Shown here in pieces: positions 1-9,667 of a stretch of DNA of 64,000 nucleotides. This DNA comes from Gemmatimonadota bacterium. Its GTDB lineage: Bacteria; Gemmatimonadota; Gemmatimonadetes; Palauibacterales; Palauibacteraceae. The stretch lies in NCBI GenBank assembly GCA_051004775.1, contig JBPCJZ010000181.1, forward strand, positions 2,391 through 66,390, written 5' to 3'. Made by a program: the position numbers and the translations under genes. The notes under the pieces were generated by a model. That model worked only from the letters and a program-made list of their open reading frames with translations, searched no databases and had not been told where the DNA came from. Position 1 is the stretch's first letter. Each line of letters opens with the position of its first letter.

Positions 1-550
1 CACCGGCCGGGCCGGCGCGACCGCCGGCCTTCGCCAGGAGCGCGACCGGATTCCCATGCGCCTGTACCTCCGTCCCTCGACCCGGCTTCAGGTGCGCGGC
101 CGCCTCCGGGTAGCCGAGATGGACCTGGTTCACCTGCGGGGCCAGCAGCCGCGTGGCAAGGCCCGGCCAGGCGTTCTGCTCCTGGATGGCGGTCGGCCGT
201 CGGGCCGCGATCGCGTAGGCGAGCGCCGGCCCCGACGCGTACCCGCCCGTCCCCAGCACCACGTGCGGGTCGAGCGTCCGGAAGGCCGCCGCGACGCCGC
301 CGAGCACCTTCGGGCCGGAGCGCAGGAGCTTCCAGTTCTCCCACGGCCGTGTGCGTCGGAGCGGCTCCATCGGCAGCAGGCGGAAGTCGTAGCCGCTCGT
401 CGGCAGGACGCGCGCCTCGACCCCGCGCTCGGCGCCCACCAGGAGCAGCTCGCACGCCGGCGCGGCCCGCCGCAGCGCCGCCGCGAGGTTCAGTGCCGGG
501 ACGAGGTGGCCCCCCGTCCCGCCACCAGCGATCAGGATCCGCTCCGCCAT
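1..550 (-). CDS. murG: UDP-N-acetylglucosamine--N-acetylmuramyl-(pentapeptide) pyrophosphoryl-undecaprenol N-acetylglucosamine transferase MurG, N-terminal part (gene runs off window start)
   Basis: Reverse complement from 550 reads MAERILIAGGGTGGHLVPALNLAAAL..., the classic MurG N-terminus with the GGTGGH motif. It sits downstream of ftsW in the dcw order. It is absent from the ORF track because it is truncated by the window edge. Confidence 0.85.
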   Translation of the reverse strand, partial: MAERILIAGGGTGGHLVPALNLAAALRRAAPACELLLVGAERGVEARVLPTSGYDFRLLPMEPLRRTRPWENWKLLRSGPKVLGGVAAAFRTLDPHVVLGTGGYASGPALAYAIAARRPTAIQEQNAWPGLATRLLAPQVNQVHLGYPEAAAHLKPGRGTEVQAHGNPVALLAKAGGRAGPAG

Positions 551-553
551 GGC

Positions 554-1732
554 TCAGCTTCTCCATGCGGTAGACACGTTCAGGAGAACGCCCGTCGCGC
601 CGAGCATCAGGATGAGGTTCGTGCCGCCCGCGCTGATGAACGGGAGGTTGACCCCCGTCGTCGGCAGAAGTCCGAGCGCGACGCCCATGTGGGCAAAGGC
701 GGAGATCGACACCAGGGCGGTGATCCCCACGGCGAGCAGACGGCCGTGCACGTCGGGCGCGCAACGCGCGATCCGCAGGCCGAGCAGCGTCCACGCCACG
801 AACAGCAGGATGAGCATGAGAGCCCCGATGAACCCCCACTCCTCGGCGATGATCGAGAAGATGAAGTCGTTCTGCGGCTCGGGCAGATAGGACATCTTGA
901 GGCTGCTGCGCCCGAAGCCGACGCCGGTCACGCCGCCCGACCCGATCGCGATCATCGACTGGCGGAGCTGGTAGCCGCTCGTCGCGGCGACCGACGACGG
1001 GTCGACGAAGGCCGAGACGAACGCACCAATGCGCGCGCGGCGGTAGCCAGACGACATCGTGGCGGCGAGCCCGATCGGCACCACGGCCGCGAGCCCGAGC
1101 GCGATGTGGGTCAGCCGGGCGCCGGCCACGAACAGCACCACCCCGGCGAGCACCGCGATCCACAGGGCGGCCGAGAAGTGCGGCTCGAGAAGCACGAGCA
1201 GGCACACGCCGCCCACGACCAGCACGATCGGGAGCAGCCCTTCCTTGAACTCGTGCAGCCGGTCCTGCTTCTTCACGGCTATAGCGGCGGTCCACATGAC
1301 GACGGCGATCTTCGCGAACTCCGACGGCTGCACCGTCATGCCGATGCGCAGCCAGCGGCGGGCACCGTTCCACTCGGGCGCGATGGCCTGCGTTCCGGGC
1401 AGCAGCAGCGGGATCAGCAGGAGGACCGAACCCGCGAGGATCGGCCAGGCGAGCTTTCGATACCACCGGTAGTCGATGAGGCTCGCGGCGATGAGGACGA
1501 GCAGGCCGATACCCGCGCGGCTCGCCTGCGCGAACAGGAAGTGGCCGTCCTGGAGCCCCTGCTCGTGCGCGACATACGCGCCGGCGCTGTAGACCGACAG
1601 CAGGCCGAAGCTGAGGAACAGCAGCGTCACGCCGAGGAGGGCCCGGCCGGCCACGGACGCGCCGCTGCTCGGACGCACGGGGAAGCCCCGCAGGCCGAAC
1701 GTCGAACCACGGCTGGTCGCGGTCGCGCCCAT
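554..1732 (-). CDS. ftsW: Cell division protein FtsW (SEDS family peptidoglycan glycosyltransferase)
   Basis: 392-aa multi-TM protein with SEDS-type conserved segments. It lies between murD and murG. Its start overlaps the murD stop by 1 nt. Confidence 0.9.
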   Translation of the reverse strand: MGATATSRGSTFGLRGFPVRPSSGASVAGRALLGVTLLFLSFGLLSVYSAGAYVAHEQGLQDGHFLFAQASRAGIGLLVLIAASLIDYRWYRKLAWPILAGSVLLLIPLLLPGTQAIAPEWNGARRWLRIGMTVQPSEFAKIAVVMWTAAIAVKKQDRLHEFKEGLLPIVLVVGGVCLLVLLEPHFSAALWIAVLAGVVLFVAGARLTHIALGLAAVVPIGLAATMSSGYRRARIGAFVSAFVDPSSVAATSGYQLRQSMIAIGSGGVTGVGFGRSSLKMSYLPEPQNDFIFSIIAEEWGFIGALMLILLFVAWTLLGLRIARCAPDVHGRLLAVGITALVSISAFAHMGVALGLLPTTGVNLPFISAGGTNLILMLGATGVLLNVSTAWRS

Positions 1733-3123
1733 CAGCCCTCCACCGGGGGAAGCGCCCCGACGGCGCGGGCGAACGCCTCGCCTCGCACTTCGTAGTTCGG
1801 GTACATGTCGAAGCTCGAGCAGGCGGGCGAGAACAGGACGACGTCGCCGGACACGGCGTGGCGAGCCGCGGCCCGGACGGCCGCGTCCATCCCGTTCTCG
1901 ACGGATACCTCGGGCGCGACGTCGCCCAGCTCCGCGACGATCTTCGGCGCCGCTTCGCCAAAAGCGACGATGGCCCGGAGCCGGTCGGCCGCGGCGGCAG
2001 CGATCGCCGTGTAGGGCTCACCCTTGTGCCGCCCGCCGAGCATCAGGACGATCGGCCGGTCGAACGCGCGGACCGCGGCCGTCGCGGCCGCCACGTTCGT
2101 GGCCTTCGAATCGTTGATCCAGGTCACGCCGCCGCGATCGGCCACCGGCGCGAGCCGGTGCGGAAGTCCCTGCGCGCGACGCAGCCCGTCGCCCACGGCC
2201 GTCGCGGGGCTCCCGGCGAGCCGGGCCGCCAGCGCGGCGGCCAGCGCGTTGGCCACGTTGTGCGGGCCGATCAGCGGGATCTCGTCGGCCGGCAGCCAGG
2301 TCTCCACGTCGTCGCCGGCGAGACGTCCCCTGAGCACGCCGTCGTCCGCGAGCCAGGCGCCGCGCTCGACCTCCTTCCCGACGGAGAACAGGTAGCGCTC
2401 GGACCCGGCGGCCCCCGAGGCGAGGTCGAGGACGGCCTCATCGTCGGCGTTGAGGATCCAACCGGTGTCGTCCCGGCCTGCCGAGAAGAGGCGCTTCTTG
2501 TCTGCGTAGTACGCCTGCAGGTCGCGGTACCTGTCGAGGTGGTCCGGGGCGAGGTTCAGGAGCGCGCCGATGTCCATCTGGAAGGTCTCGAGGTCGGCGA
2601 GCTGGAAGCTGCTGAGCTCGACCACGACCCAGTCCGGCTGTTCCTTCTCGATCGCCGTCCACGAGAGCGGCCGGCCGATGTTGCCGCCCGCCACCGCCGA
2701 CATGCCGCTCGCGACGAGGATGTCCGCCGTGAGCTGGGTGGTCGTCGTCTTCCCGTTGGTGCCGGTGATCCCGATCACCCGGCTGCTCAGCGCACCGAAG
2801 GCGAGCTCCACCTCGGCGATCGTGCGGATCCCCTCGCGGGAGATCTGCTGGCGCACCTCGGAGAACGGGCTGATGCCGGGGCTCACGACGACGAGCTCGG
2901 ATGCGAGGATGCGGTCCATGTCGTGGCGGCCGGCCTCGGCGTCGATCCCCTCGGCCGAGAGCTTTGCGGCCGCCTCGGTCTGCTCGACACCTGCGAACGC
3001 GTCGCTCGCATACACATCGGCGCCACGGGCGGCGGCGAGGCGAGCGGCGGCGGTGCCGGACACGCCGAGACCGAGAATGCTGACCTGCGCTCCGTCTCCG
3101 AACGGCATCTCGCGCGCGCTCAT
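1732..3123 (-). CDS. murD: UDP-N-acetylmuramoylalanine--D-glutamate ligase MurD
   Basis: True start MSAREMPFGDGAQVSILGLGVSGTAAA... at the ATGA overlap with the mraY stop (3120-3123). The track ORF 1732..3942 carries a spurious Arg/Pro-rich N-extension overlapping mraY. GITGTNGKTTTT P-loop, Mur ligase architecture. Confidence 0.9.
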   Translation of the reverse strand: MSAREMPFGDGAQVSILGLGVSGTAAARLAAARGADVYASDAFAGVEQTEAAAKLSAEGIDAEAGRHDMDRILASELVVVSPGISPFSEVRQQISREGIRTIAEVELAFGALSSRVIGITGTNGKTTTTQLTADILVASGMSAVAGGNIGRPLSWTAIEKEQPDWVVVELSSFQLADLETFQMDIGALLNLAPDHLDRYRDLQAYYADKKRLFSAGRDDTGWILNADDEAVLDLASGAAGSERYLFSVGKEVERGAWLADDGVLRGRLAGDDVETWLPADEIPLIGPHNVANALAAALAARLAGSPATAVGDGLRRAQGLPHRLAPVADRGGVTWINDSKATNVAAATAAVRAFDRPIVLMLGGRHKGEPYTAIAAAAADRLRAIVAFGEAAPKIVAELGDVAPEVSVENGMDAAVRAAARHAVSGDVVLFSPACSSFDMYPNYEVRGEAFARAVGALPPVEG

Positions 3124-4226
3124 CGGACCTTCAGCGTCGCGAGGGCGACGAGGGCGAAGATGATTCCGAGGATGTAGAACCGGATGACCACGCGGGTCTC
3201 CGGCCATCCGAGCTGCTCGAAGTGATGGTGCAGCGGGGCCATCCGGAACACGCGACGGCCGGTTCCCGTGCGCCGCCTCGTGATCTTGAACGTCGTCGTC
3301 TGAATCAACACCGAGAGAGCCTCCAGGACGAACATGCCTCCGACGACCACCAGCAGCAGCTCGGACTTGAGCAGCACGGCGACCGTCCCGATTGCGCCTC
3401 CCAGCGCGAGCGATCCGGTATCGCCCATGAACACGCTCGCCGGGGGGGCGTTGAACCACAGAAATCCGATCGCCGCGCCAGCGACCGACACGCAGAACAC
3501 CGTCAGCTCTCCCGCCCCGGGCAGATACGGCAGGCCCAGGTAGTAGGAGGTATCGAGTCGCCCCATCACATAGGCGAAGCCCGCCATCGCGATCGCCGCG
3601 ATCGCGCACAGCCCGGCGGCCAGCCCGTCGAGGCCGTCGGTGAGGTTGACCGCGTTGGAGAAGCCGGCGACCACGATCGCGATGAACAGCGGGAACACGA
3701 TCGGGATGAGCACCAGCTCGACGTTCTTGAAGAACGGCACCATGCGGTGCGTCGGCTCCCCGCCGGGCAGCGGCAACCACAGCAGAAGCCCGCCGAACGT
3801 CAGGCCGGCGACGAACTGCCAGATCAGCTTGTGCCGCGCGATCAGCCCGCGGGACTGGTGCTGGACGACCTTGAGGTAATCGTCCGTGAAGCCGATCACG
3901 CCGGTCACGAGCGTCATCGCGAGGGCCGCGTGGATGTACCACAGGTTGAGCGGCGCCCAGAGAAGCGTCGAGGACACGATCGCGACGAGGATGATGATCC
4001 CGCCCATCGTCGGCGTCCCCGCTTTGTGGTGATGCGTGCGGGGTCCCTCGACGCGCACGACCTGGCCGACGTTGTGCGCCTCGAGCCGGCGGATGACGGG
4101 CGGGCCCGCGACGAAGGTCACGAGGAGCGCCGTCACCATCGCGCCGGCCGCGCGAAAGGAGATGTACTGGAACACGTTGAACACCGTGTGCTGATCCGCG
4201 AGCGGGAACAGGAGGTGGTACAGCAT
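3120..4226 (-). CDS. mraY: Phospho-N-acetylmuramoyl-pentapeptide transferase MraY
   Basis: 368-aa polytopic protein MLYHLLFPLADQHTVFNVFQYISFRAAGA..., the canonical MraY N-terminus, with DD-containing motifs. Confidence 0.93.
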   Translation of the reverse strand: MLYHLLFPLADQHTVFNVFQYISFRAAGAMVTALLVTFVAGPPVIRRLEAHNVGQVVRVEGPRTHHHKAGTPTMGGIIILVAIVSSTLLWAPLNLWYIHAALAMTLVTGVIGFTDDYLKVVQHQSRGLIARHKLIWQFVAGLTFGGLLLWLPLPGGEPTHRMVPFFKNVELVLIPIVFPLFIAIVVAGFSNAVNLTDGLDGLAAGLCAIAAIAMAGFAYVMGRLDTSYYLGLPYLPGAGELTVFCVSVAGAAIGFLWFNAPPASVFMGDTGSLALGGAIGTVAVLLKSELLLVVVGGMFVLEALSVLIQTTTFKITRRRTGTGRRVFRMAPLHHHFEQLGWPETRVVIRFYILGIIFALVALATLKVR

Positions 4227-5593
4227 CAGGCCGCCTCCCCGTCCGCGCGCTCGACCAGGCCGTCCACCACGCGCTCGAGCCGCTCGCCGCGCGAGGCCTT
4301 CACGAGCACGACTTCGCCGGGCCGGGCGCCGTCGATCAGCCGCTCGATGACCGCCGCGGGCGAGGAGGCGTCCGACACTTCGACCCCGGCGGGCGGGTCG
4401 AGTGCGTCGAACGCGGCGCGGAACTCGCCGAGTGGAAAGATGCGGCCGAACCCGGCCTGCAGCAGGCGGTCCGCCACGGCCTCGTGGACCGTTGCGGAGT
4501 CCGCGCCGAGCTCGAGCATCGACGAGACCACCGCGCTGCGCGGACGCCCGGAAAACGCGGTCTCGCAGTAGCGGATCGCGGCTTCGAAAGACTCGGGATT
4601 CGCGTTGTAGCAGTCGGCGACGATCGTCAGCTCGCCGGCCCGGAGCAGCGCGCCTCGCATGCCGACGGGCCGGTACCGGGCCAGCCCCCGCGCGACGGCC
4701 TCGGGCCCGACGCCGATGCCCTCGGCGAGCGCCGCGGCCAGCACCGCGTCGCGCACGTGGTGCTCGCCGCCGACCGGCAACTGGTAGGACACCCCCGCGC
4801 GCTCGAACCGCGCACTCTCGGCGCCCGACTCATAGGTATCCGGCCGGTAGTCCGCGTCGGCTTCGAGCCCGGCGACCACCACATCGTCGCGGATCTGCCG
4901 CGCCGCGGCGGCGAGGCGCGCGGGTACGTCGCCGACTACCGCGCATCCCCCGCCCTGGGCTCCCCGGACGAGCGCCAGCTTCTCGCGCAGCACGCCGTCG
5001 AGGTCGCCGAAGCCTTCGAGGTGCGCGGCGCCCACGGTCGTGACGACGGCGTCATCCGGCTCCGCGATCGCGGTGAGCCGGGCGATCTCGCCGGGCGCGC
5101 TGCTGCCCATCTCCAGCACCCAGTACCGCGCGTCGGGCGCGGCGCGCAGGATGGAGAGCGGGAGTCCCGTGAGGCTGTTGAGATTTCCCGGCGTCGCCCA
5201 CGTCGCCGCGGACTCGCCGAGTGCGAGCGCGAGCATCTCCTTCACCGTGGTCTTCCCGGAGCTTCCGGTCACGCCGATCACCCGCGCGCCGCTGCGGCGG
5301 CGGGCGAACCGAGCCAGGTCGCCGAGCGCGCGCAGCGTATCGGGCACCGCGAACAGTTCCATTCCGCCCGCGTTGAACTCGCGGTCGGCCGGCACGACCG
5401 CGCCGGTCGCGCCGCGCCGCGCGGCCTGCTCGAGGTAGTCGGCGCCGTCGACGCGCTCGCCGCTCAGCGCGACGAACAGGGCGCCGCGCTCTACCTGTCG
5501 CGAATCGATCGCGACCGACGGGTAGTGACGCGTGCTCTGCGCGGGGGACAGGCCGAGCGCCCGGCGGATCTCGTGGCTCTCGAAGCCGCTCAC
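4226..5593 (-). CDS. murF: UDP-N-acetylmuramoyl-tripeptide--D-alanyl-D-alanine ligase MurF
   Basis: 455 aa, Mur ligase with GVTGSSGKTTVKEM P-loop. Position between murE and mraY. Confidence 0.9.
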   Translation of the reverse strand: MSGFESHEIRRALGLSPAQSTRHYPSVAIDSRQVERGALFVALSGERVDGADYLEQAARRGATGAVVPADREFNAGGMELFAVPDTLRALGDLARFARRRSGARVIGVTGSSGKTTVKEMLALALGESAATWATPGNLNSLTGLPLSILRAAPDARYWVLEMGSSAPGEIARLTAIAEPDDAVVTTVGAAHLEGFGDLDGVLREKLALVRGAQGGGCAVVGDVPARLAAAARQIRDDVVVAGLEADADYRPDTYESGAESARFERAGVSYQLPVGGEHHVRDAVLAAALAEGIGVGPEAVARGLARYRPVGMRGALLRAGELTIVADCYNANPESFEAAIRYCETAFSGRPRSAVVSSMLELGADSATVHEAVADRLLQAGFGRIFPLGEFRAAFDALDPPAGVEVSDASSPAAVIERLIDGARPGEVVLVKASRGERLERVVDGLVERADGEAA

Positions 5594-7137
5594 CGGCCCT
5601 CCCCCGCCAGGCGGGCGACGACCGCCGCCTCGTCGAACGGGATCTTCTCGCCCTGGATATCCTGGTAGGTCTCGTGGCCCTTGCCGGCGAGCAGCACGAC
5701 ATCGCCCGGCTCTGCAGCGGCGACGGCGGCCCCGATGGCCTCGGCCCGATCCTCGATTACCTCGCAGCGATTGGGGGGCAGGTCCGCGACGATGTCGCCG
5801 ATGATCTGCCCGAGGGCTTCGGTGCGCGGGTTGTCCGTCGTGAGGATGACCCGGTCGGCACCCTCCGCCGCCGTCCGCCCCATCAGAGGACGCTTGCCGC
5901 GGTCGCGGTCACCGCCGCACCCGAACACGACGCTGAGGCGACCGTCGGTCAGCTCCCGCAGCGCGGCGAGCGCGCGGGACAGGCCGTCGGGAGTGTGGGC
6001 GTAGTCGCGCAGGACGAGCGGGCCCGGCGGACCGGCCAGCGTCTCCATTCGTCCCGGCACCTGGGGCGCCGACGCCAGCCGTGACGCGATGCCGCCCACG
6101 TCGAAGCCGAGCGCCCACGCTGTCGCCGCGGCGGCCAGTGCGTTGGACACGTTGAACTCGCCGAGGAGCGGCAGGGCGACGGGCGCGCTGCCGGACGGGG
6201 TCTCGAACCTCCAGTGGCTTCCCTGGGCCGAGTGCTGCACGTGGGTCGCGCGCACCGCGGCCTCGCTTCCGAGGCCGAACATCACGACGCGTACGTCGTC
6301 GAACACCGGCGAGTGCCAGGCCGGATCGTCGGCGTTGACGACGGCCACGCCGTCCTCCGCGAGCCGCGCCACGAACCCCAGCTTGGCCTCCCGGTACGAC
6401 ACCATGTCCGGATGGTAGTCGAGATGCTCGCGGCTCAGGTTGGTGAAGGTCACGGCCACGAACTCGAGCGCCTCGACCCGGTGCTGGTCGAGCGCGTGCG
6501 AGGAGACCTCCATCGCCAGCCACTCGGCGCCCGCGTCGGCCGCTTCGTCGAGGTCGGCCGTCAGCTCGAGGGGACCCGGCGTCGTCATGCGGCCTCGCGC
6601 GCGGCGCGTTCCGTCGGGCAGGTAGAGCCCGAGCGTCCCGAGCGCCGCCGCCTTGCCGTTCGCGCCGAGGAGGTGCCGGAGGATGAGCGCCGTCGTCGTC
6701 TTGCCGTTGGTCCCGGTGATGCCGGCGATGCGAAGGCGCGCGGCCGGGTCATCCGCGGCCAGCGCCGATAGGTGGGCCGCGGCGATGCGGGTATCGGAGA
6801 CGCGGAGCAGCGGGATCGTGGCCTCGACATCGCGCTCGACGATGGCCGCGAAGGCGCCCGACGCAGCGGCTGTCGCGACGTAGTCGTGCCCGTCCGCCTC
6901 GGTTCCCGCGATGGCGCAGAACAGATCACCGGTCGCCACGCGCCGGGAATCCACACGCAGCGACGCGAAGCCCTCCGGGGGCCGTCCGGACCAGGTGAAG
7001 GCGACGCCCTTCTCCCGGAGCCGTGACTCGACGCTGCCTGTGGTGATCAATTTTTCTGCGCTTCCTCCGTCGCGTGGTTCGATGTTCTCCTCGGATGCCG
7101 CCGGCGTCGCCACCGCTGGAGTCGCCGGTCCCATCAC
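5590..7137 (-). CDS. murE: UDP-N-acetylmuramoyl-L-alanyl-D-glutamate--2,6-diaminopimelate ligase MurE
   Basis: 515 aa, GITGTNGKTTTALIL P-loop, Mur ligase domains. dcw position. Confidence 0.9.
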   Translation of the reverse strand: MMGPATPAVATPAASEENIEPRDGGSAEKLITTGSVESRLREKGVAFTWSGRPPEGFASLRVDSRRVATGDLFCAIAGTEADGHDYVATAAASGAFAAIVERDVEATIPLLRVSDTRIAAAHLSALAADDPAARLRIAGITGTNGKTTTALILRHLLGANGKAAALGTLGLYLPDGTRRARGRMTTPGPLELTADLDEAADAGAEWLAMEVSSHALDQHRVEALEFVAVTFTNLSREHLDYHPDMVSYREAKLGFVARLAEDGVAVVNADDPAWHSPVFDDVRVVMFGLGSEAAVRATHVQHSAQGSHWRFETPSGSAPVALPLLGEFNVSNALAAAATAWALGFDVGGIASRLASAPQVPGRMETLAGPPGPLVLRDYAHTPDGLSRALAALRELTDGRLSVVFGCGGDRDRGKRPLMGRTAAEGADRVILTTDNPRTEALGQIIGDIVADLPPNRCEVIEDRAEAIGAAVAAAEPGDVVLLAGKGHETYQDIQGEKIPFDEAAVVARLAGEGR

Positions 7138-7139
7138 AG

Positions 7140-9239
7140 CTACTGCAGCAGCACGCGTGCGCCCGGCACGACGCGGGCGCCCGGGCCGGGCGTCGTCGCT
7201 TCGACGCGCCCTCCGGCTTCGTTGTCTACTGCCAGGCCGAGCTCGTGGAGCCGGGCTACCGCCTCGCGGAGCCCGAGCCCGCGCAGGTCCGGAAGCACCA
7301 CGGTGCCGGCCGAAGCCTCGAGCGCGGTCTGGCGCGGGGCGTCGAGGCGCGGGGCGTCGAGTCGCGGCATGTCCTGCGGGGAGGACGCGCTTCCCCGGGC
7401 GGAGGCGCCGCCCTGGCCGACCTCGCCAGCCCCGTCGGCCCCGTCCGCGGCGGCGAACCGGAACGGCGTCGGCTCGACCCCCCGCTCGACCGGCTCCGTG
7501 CTGAAGGCGTGGTCCCAGTCGTACGGACTGCCCGAGGTCGACACGACCCGACCCGTGACGAGCCCGGACTCGGCCGCCGAAAGGATGGCCTGGACCACCG
7601 CGCGACTCACCGGGGCCGCCGCCCCGCCTCCGTAGATCGACGACTTCGGATCGCTCAGTTTGGCCAGTACGACGAGCTGCGGATCGTCGGCCGGCAGGTA
7701 GCCGACGAACGAGGCCACGTAGCGCCCGGCCTGGTAGGCGCCGTCGGCGGAGATGCGCGAGGTGCCCGTCTTGCCGGCGATGTCGATCGTCTGCAGAGCG
7801 GCCTCATCGCCCGTGCCCGATCGTACGACGCCCGCGAGGACCCGGGTGATCTCGTGCGCCACTTCCTTATCCACGACCTGGCGGACGACGCGCGGCTCGT
7901 GTTCCCGAATCACTTGGCCGTCGGCGTCGCGCACCCGCCGCACGAGCGTCGGCTGCAGGAGCACTCCGTCGTTGGCGAGGGCGCCGTAGGCCGCGACGAG
8001 CTGGATCGACGTGACCGTCATCTCGTAGCCGTACGCGAGCGAGTGCTGGCTGAGCGGCGACCAGTACTGCGGCTTGCGCAACACGCCCGCGGACTCCGAC
8101 GCCGACTCGATCATGGTCGGAGTGCCGAGGCCGAAGTCGCGCAGGTAATAGTACTGCATGCCGGGCTCGGGAATCCGCTCCGCCAGCTTCGCCGCTCCGA
8201 TGTTGCTGGAGTAGCGGATGATCTCTTCCACCGTCAGCGAATCGTACTCGTGCACGTCGGTGATCGTGCGGTATGGCGTCTTGTAGGTGCCGCCCTCCAC
8301 GTAGATCTTCTCGTCGAGCCGTGCGAGCTTCTCCTGCAGCAGGGTCGCGAGGAGGACCGGCTTGCTCGTCGAGCCCGGCTCGTACGGATCGGTGAAGGCC
8401 GGGATGCGCGCTTCCCCGCCCGTCGTGACGCTCGCCAGGGCCAGGATCTCGCCGGTCCGCGGATTGGCCAGGATGACGTCCCCGCCGCTGGCTCCCGTCT
8501 CCGTGAGGGCCCTGGACAGCGAGGCCTCCGCGATCTCCTGGAGCTCGGCGTCGATCGTCAGTACGACATCGCGACCGGGCCGGGCGGCCACGCCGCCCGC
8601 GTGCCGGAGGGGGAACGTCGCGCCGTGCGCGTCCCGGCGACTGACCTGTTCGCCGGGCGTGCCGGTGAGCAGGTCGTCGAACACGCGCTCGAGTCCGGTC
8701 GCGCCCCGGCCCTCGGAGTCGAGCGAGCCAAGAAGCTGGCCCGCGAGCCTCCCCTCGGGATGGGCCCGCGCGGCGATCGGCTCGAAATGGACGCCCCGCG
8801 GCACGGCCTGCTCCAGCATCTGCCGGGTACGACCGTTGACGTGTCCGATCGCGAGCCAGCCTGCCCGTCCGTCCTCCAGCCGCTCCGTCTCGCGGCTCGT
8901 CAGGTCGAGCACCCGGCGGATCCGGTCGACGGCCTCGGCGCGGTCGGTGGCTTCCGTCGGAGCGAAGAACGCGGCGTAGTTCTCGCGCGAGACGGCCAGG
9001 GGTCGGCCGTGCCGATCGAAGATCCCGCCACGCGCCGCGGGCAGCTCCCTTGTCTCCGTCGTCTGGCTCACGGCGAGGTCGCGCCATGCCGAACCCTGTA
9101 CTACCTGCAACTGGAAGGCACGCGCGCTCATCGCCAGGCCGAGCACCACGGTCGCGCACGACAGAAATCCGCACCGGAGCGTCTGGCTGCGCGACGCGGC
9201 GTGGCCGCTCGCGGCTTTCTTCTTCTTGCGAGGACTCAT
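7140..9239 (-). CDS. ftsI: Penicillin-binding protein 3 / FtsI (class B transpeptidase) with C-terminal PASTA domain
   Basis: 699 aa. N-terminal TM, dimerisation domain, transpeptidase with STSKP (SxxK) motif. C-terminal PASTA-like segment VVLPDLRGLGLREAVARLHELGLAV. Confidence 0.9.
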   Translation of the reverse strand: MSPRKKKKAASGHAASRSQTLRCGFLSCATVVLGLAMSARAFQLQVVQGSAWRDLAVSQTTETRELPAARGGIFDRHGRPLAVSRENYAAFFAPTEATDRAEAVDRIRRVLDLTSRETERLEDGRAGWLAIGHVNGRTRQMLEQAVPRGVHFEPIAARAHPEGRLAGQLLGSLDSEGRGATGLERVFDDLLTGTPGEQVSRRDAHGATFPLRHAGGVAARPGRDVVLTIDAELQEIAEASLSRALTETGASGGDVILANPRTGEILALASVTTGGEARIPAFTDPYEPGSTSKPVLLATLLQEKLARLDEKIYVEGGTYKTPYRTITDVHEYDSLTVEEIIRYSSNIGAAKLAERIPEPGMQYYYLRDFGLGTPTMIESASESAGVLRKPQYWSPLSQHSLAYGYEMTVTSIQLVAAYGALANDGVLLQPTLVRRVRDADGQVIREHEPRVVRQVVDKEVAHEITRVLAGVVRSGTGDEAALQTIDIAGKTGTSRISADGAYQAGRYVASFVGYLPADDPQLVVLAKLSDPKSSIYGGGAAAPVSRAVVQAILSAAESGLVTGRVVSTSGSPYDWDHAFSTEPVERGVEPTPFRFAAADGADGAGEVGQGGASARGSASSPQDMPRLDAPRLDAPRQTALEASAGTVVLPDLRGLGLREAVARLHELGLAVDNEAGGRVEATTPGPGARVVPGARVLLQ

Positions 9240-9667
9240 GATCCCTCGTTCCCGGCGGACGACCGCAGGTCGTCGCGCAGTATGACCACTTCATCGTCGG
9301 TCGCCTGCCGAAGGCCGAGCTCGGCGGCGAGGCGGCCGACGCGCTCGCGCGATGTCAATGAATCGACCCGTATCCGTTCGTCCCCCAGCGACTCGTCGAG
9401 CAGCCGGGTCTCGCGCCGCATGTCGGCGAGGGTCTCGGCCAGCCGCGTGCCTTCCGCCGATCGCCGGATCGAAACGAGCAGCCCCGCGGGGATCGAGAGG
9501 GCCGCTACGGCAACGATGATCTGGCGGCGAACCGTGCCGACGCGCTGGCCCGGCTTTCGGCTCGAGGACGACCTTTTCCGCGCCGGGGCCTTCCGCGTCG
9601 AGGCTTTCTTCCGCGCCGGAGCCTTCTTCTTGCCCCGCGTCGTTGCCTTTCCCCCGCGAGGACTCAT
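9236..9667 (-). CDS. ftsL: Cell division protein FtsL-like (septum formation initiator family) with long Lys/Arg-rich N-terminal tail
   Basis: Start MSPRGGKATTRGKKK... at the ATGA overlap with the rsmH stop (9664-9667). Basic tail, single TM (IIVAVAALSIPAGLLVSI), then coiled-coil. The track ORF 9236..9832 over-extends into rsmH. Confidence 0.7.
   Translation of the reverse strand: MSPRGGKATTRGKKKAPARKKASTRKAPARKRSSSSRKPGQRVGTVRRQIIVAVAALSIPAGLLVSIRRSAEGTRLAETLADMRRETRLLDESLGDERIRVDSLTSRERVGRLAAELGLRQATDDEVVILRDDLRSSAGNEGS

Noticed and set aside
56-1795. 579-aa plus-strand ORF (and similar ORFs at 1858..3177, 3222..4571, 4484..5668, 7074..9962, 9643..11511, 11348..13687, 16307..17231, 17553..18731, 23633..24697, 24812..25804, 25849..27057, 27423..28277 etc.)
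   Set aside because: Arg/Pro/Gly/Ala-rich low-complexity translations lying antisense to well-conserved minus-strand genes (dcw cluster, ileS, ftsH etc.). These are typical stop-codon-poor artefacts of a 70% GC genome.
3124-3942. N-terminal 270 aa of track ORF 1732..3942
   Set aside because: It overlaps mraY and is Arg/Pro-rich. MurD starts at the ATGA overlap (MSAREMPFG).
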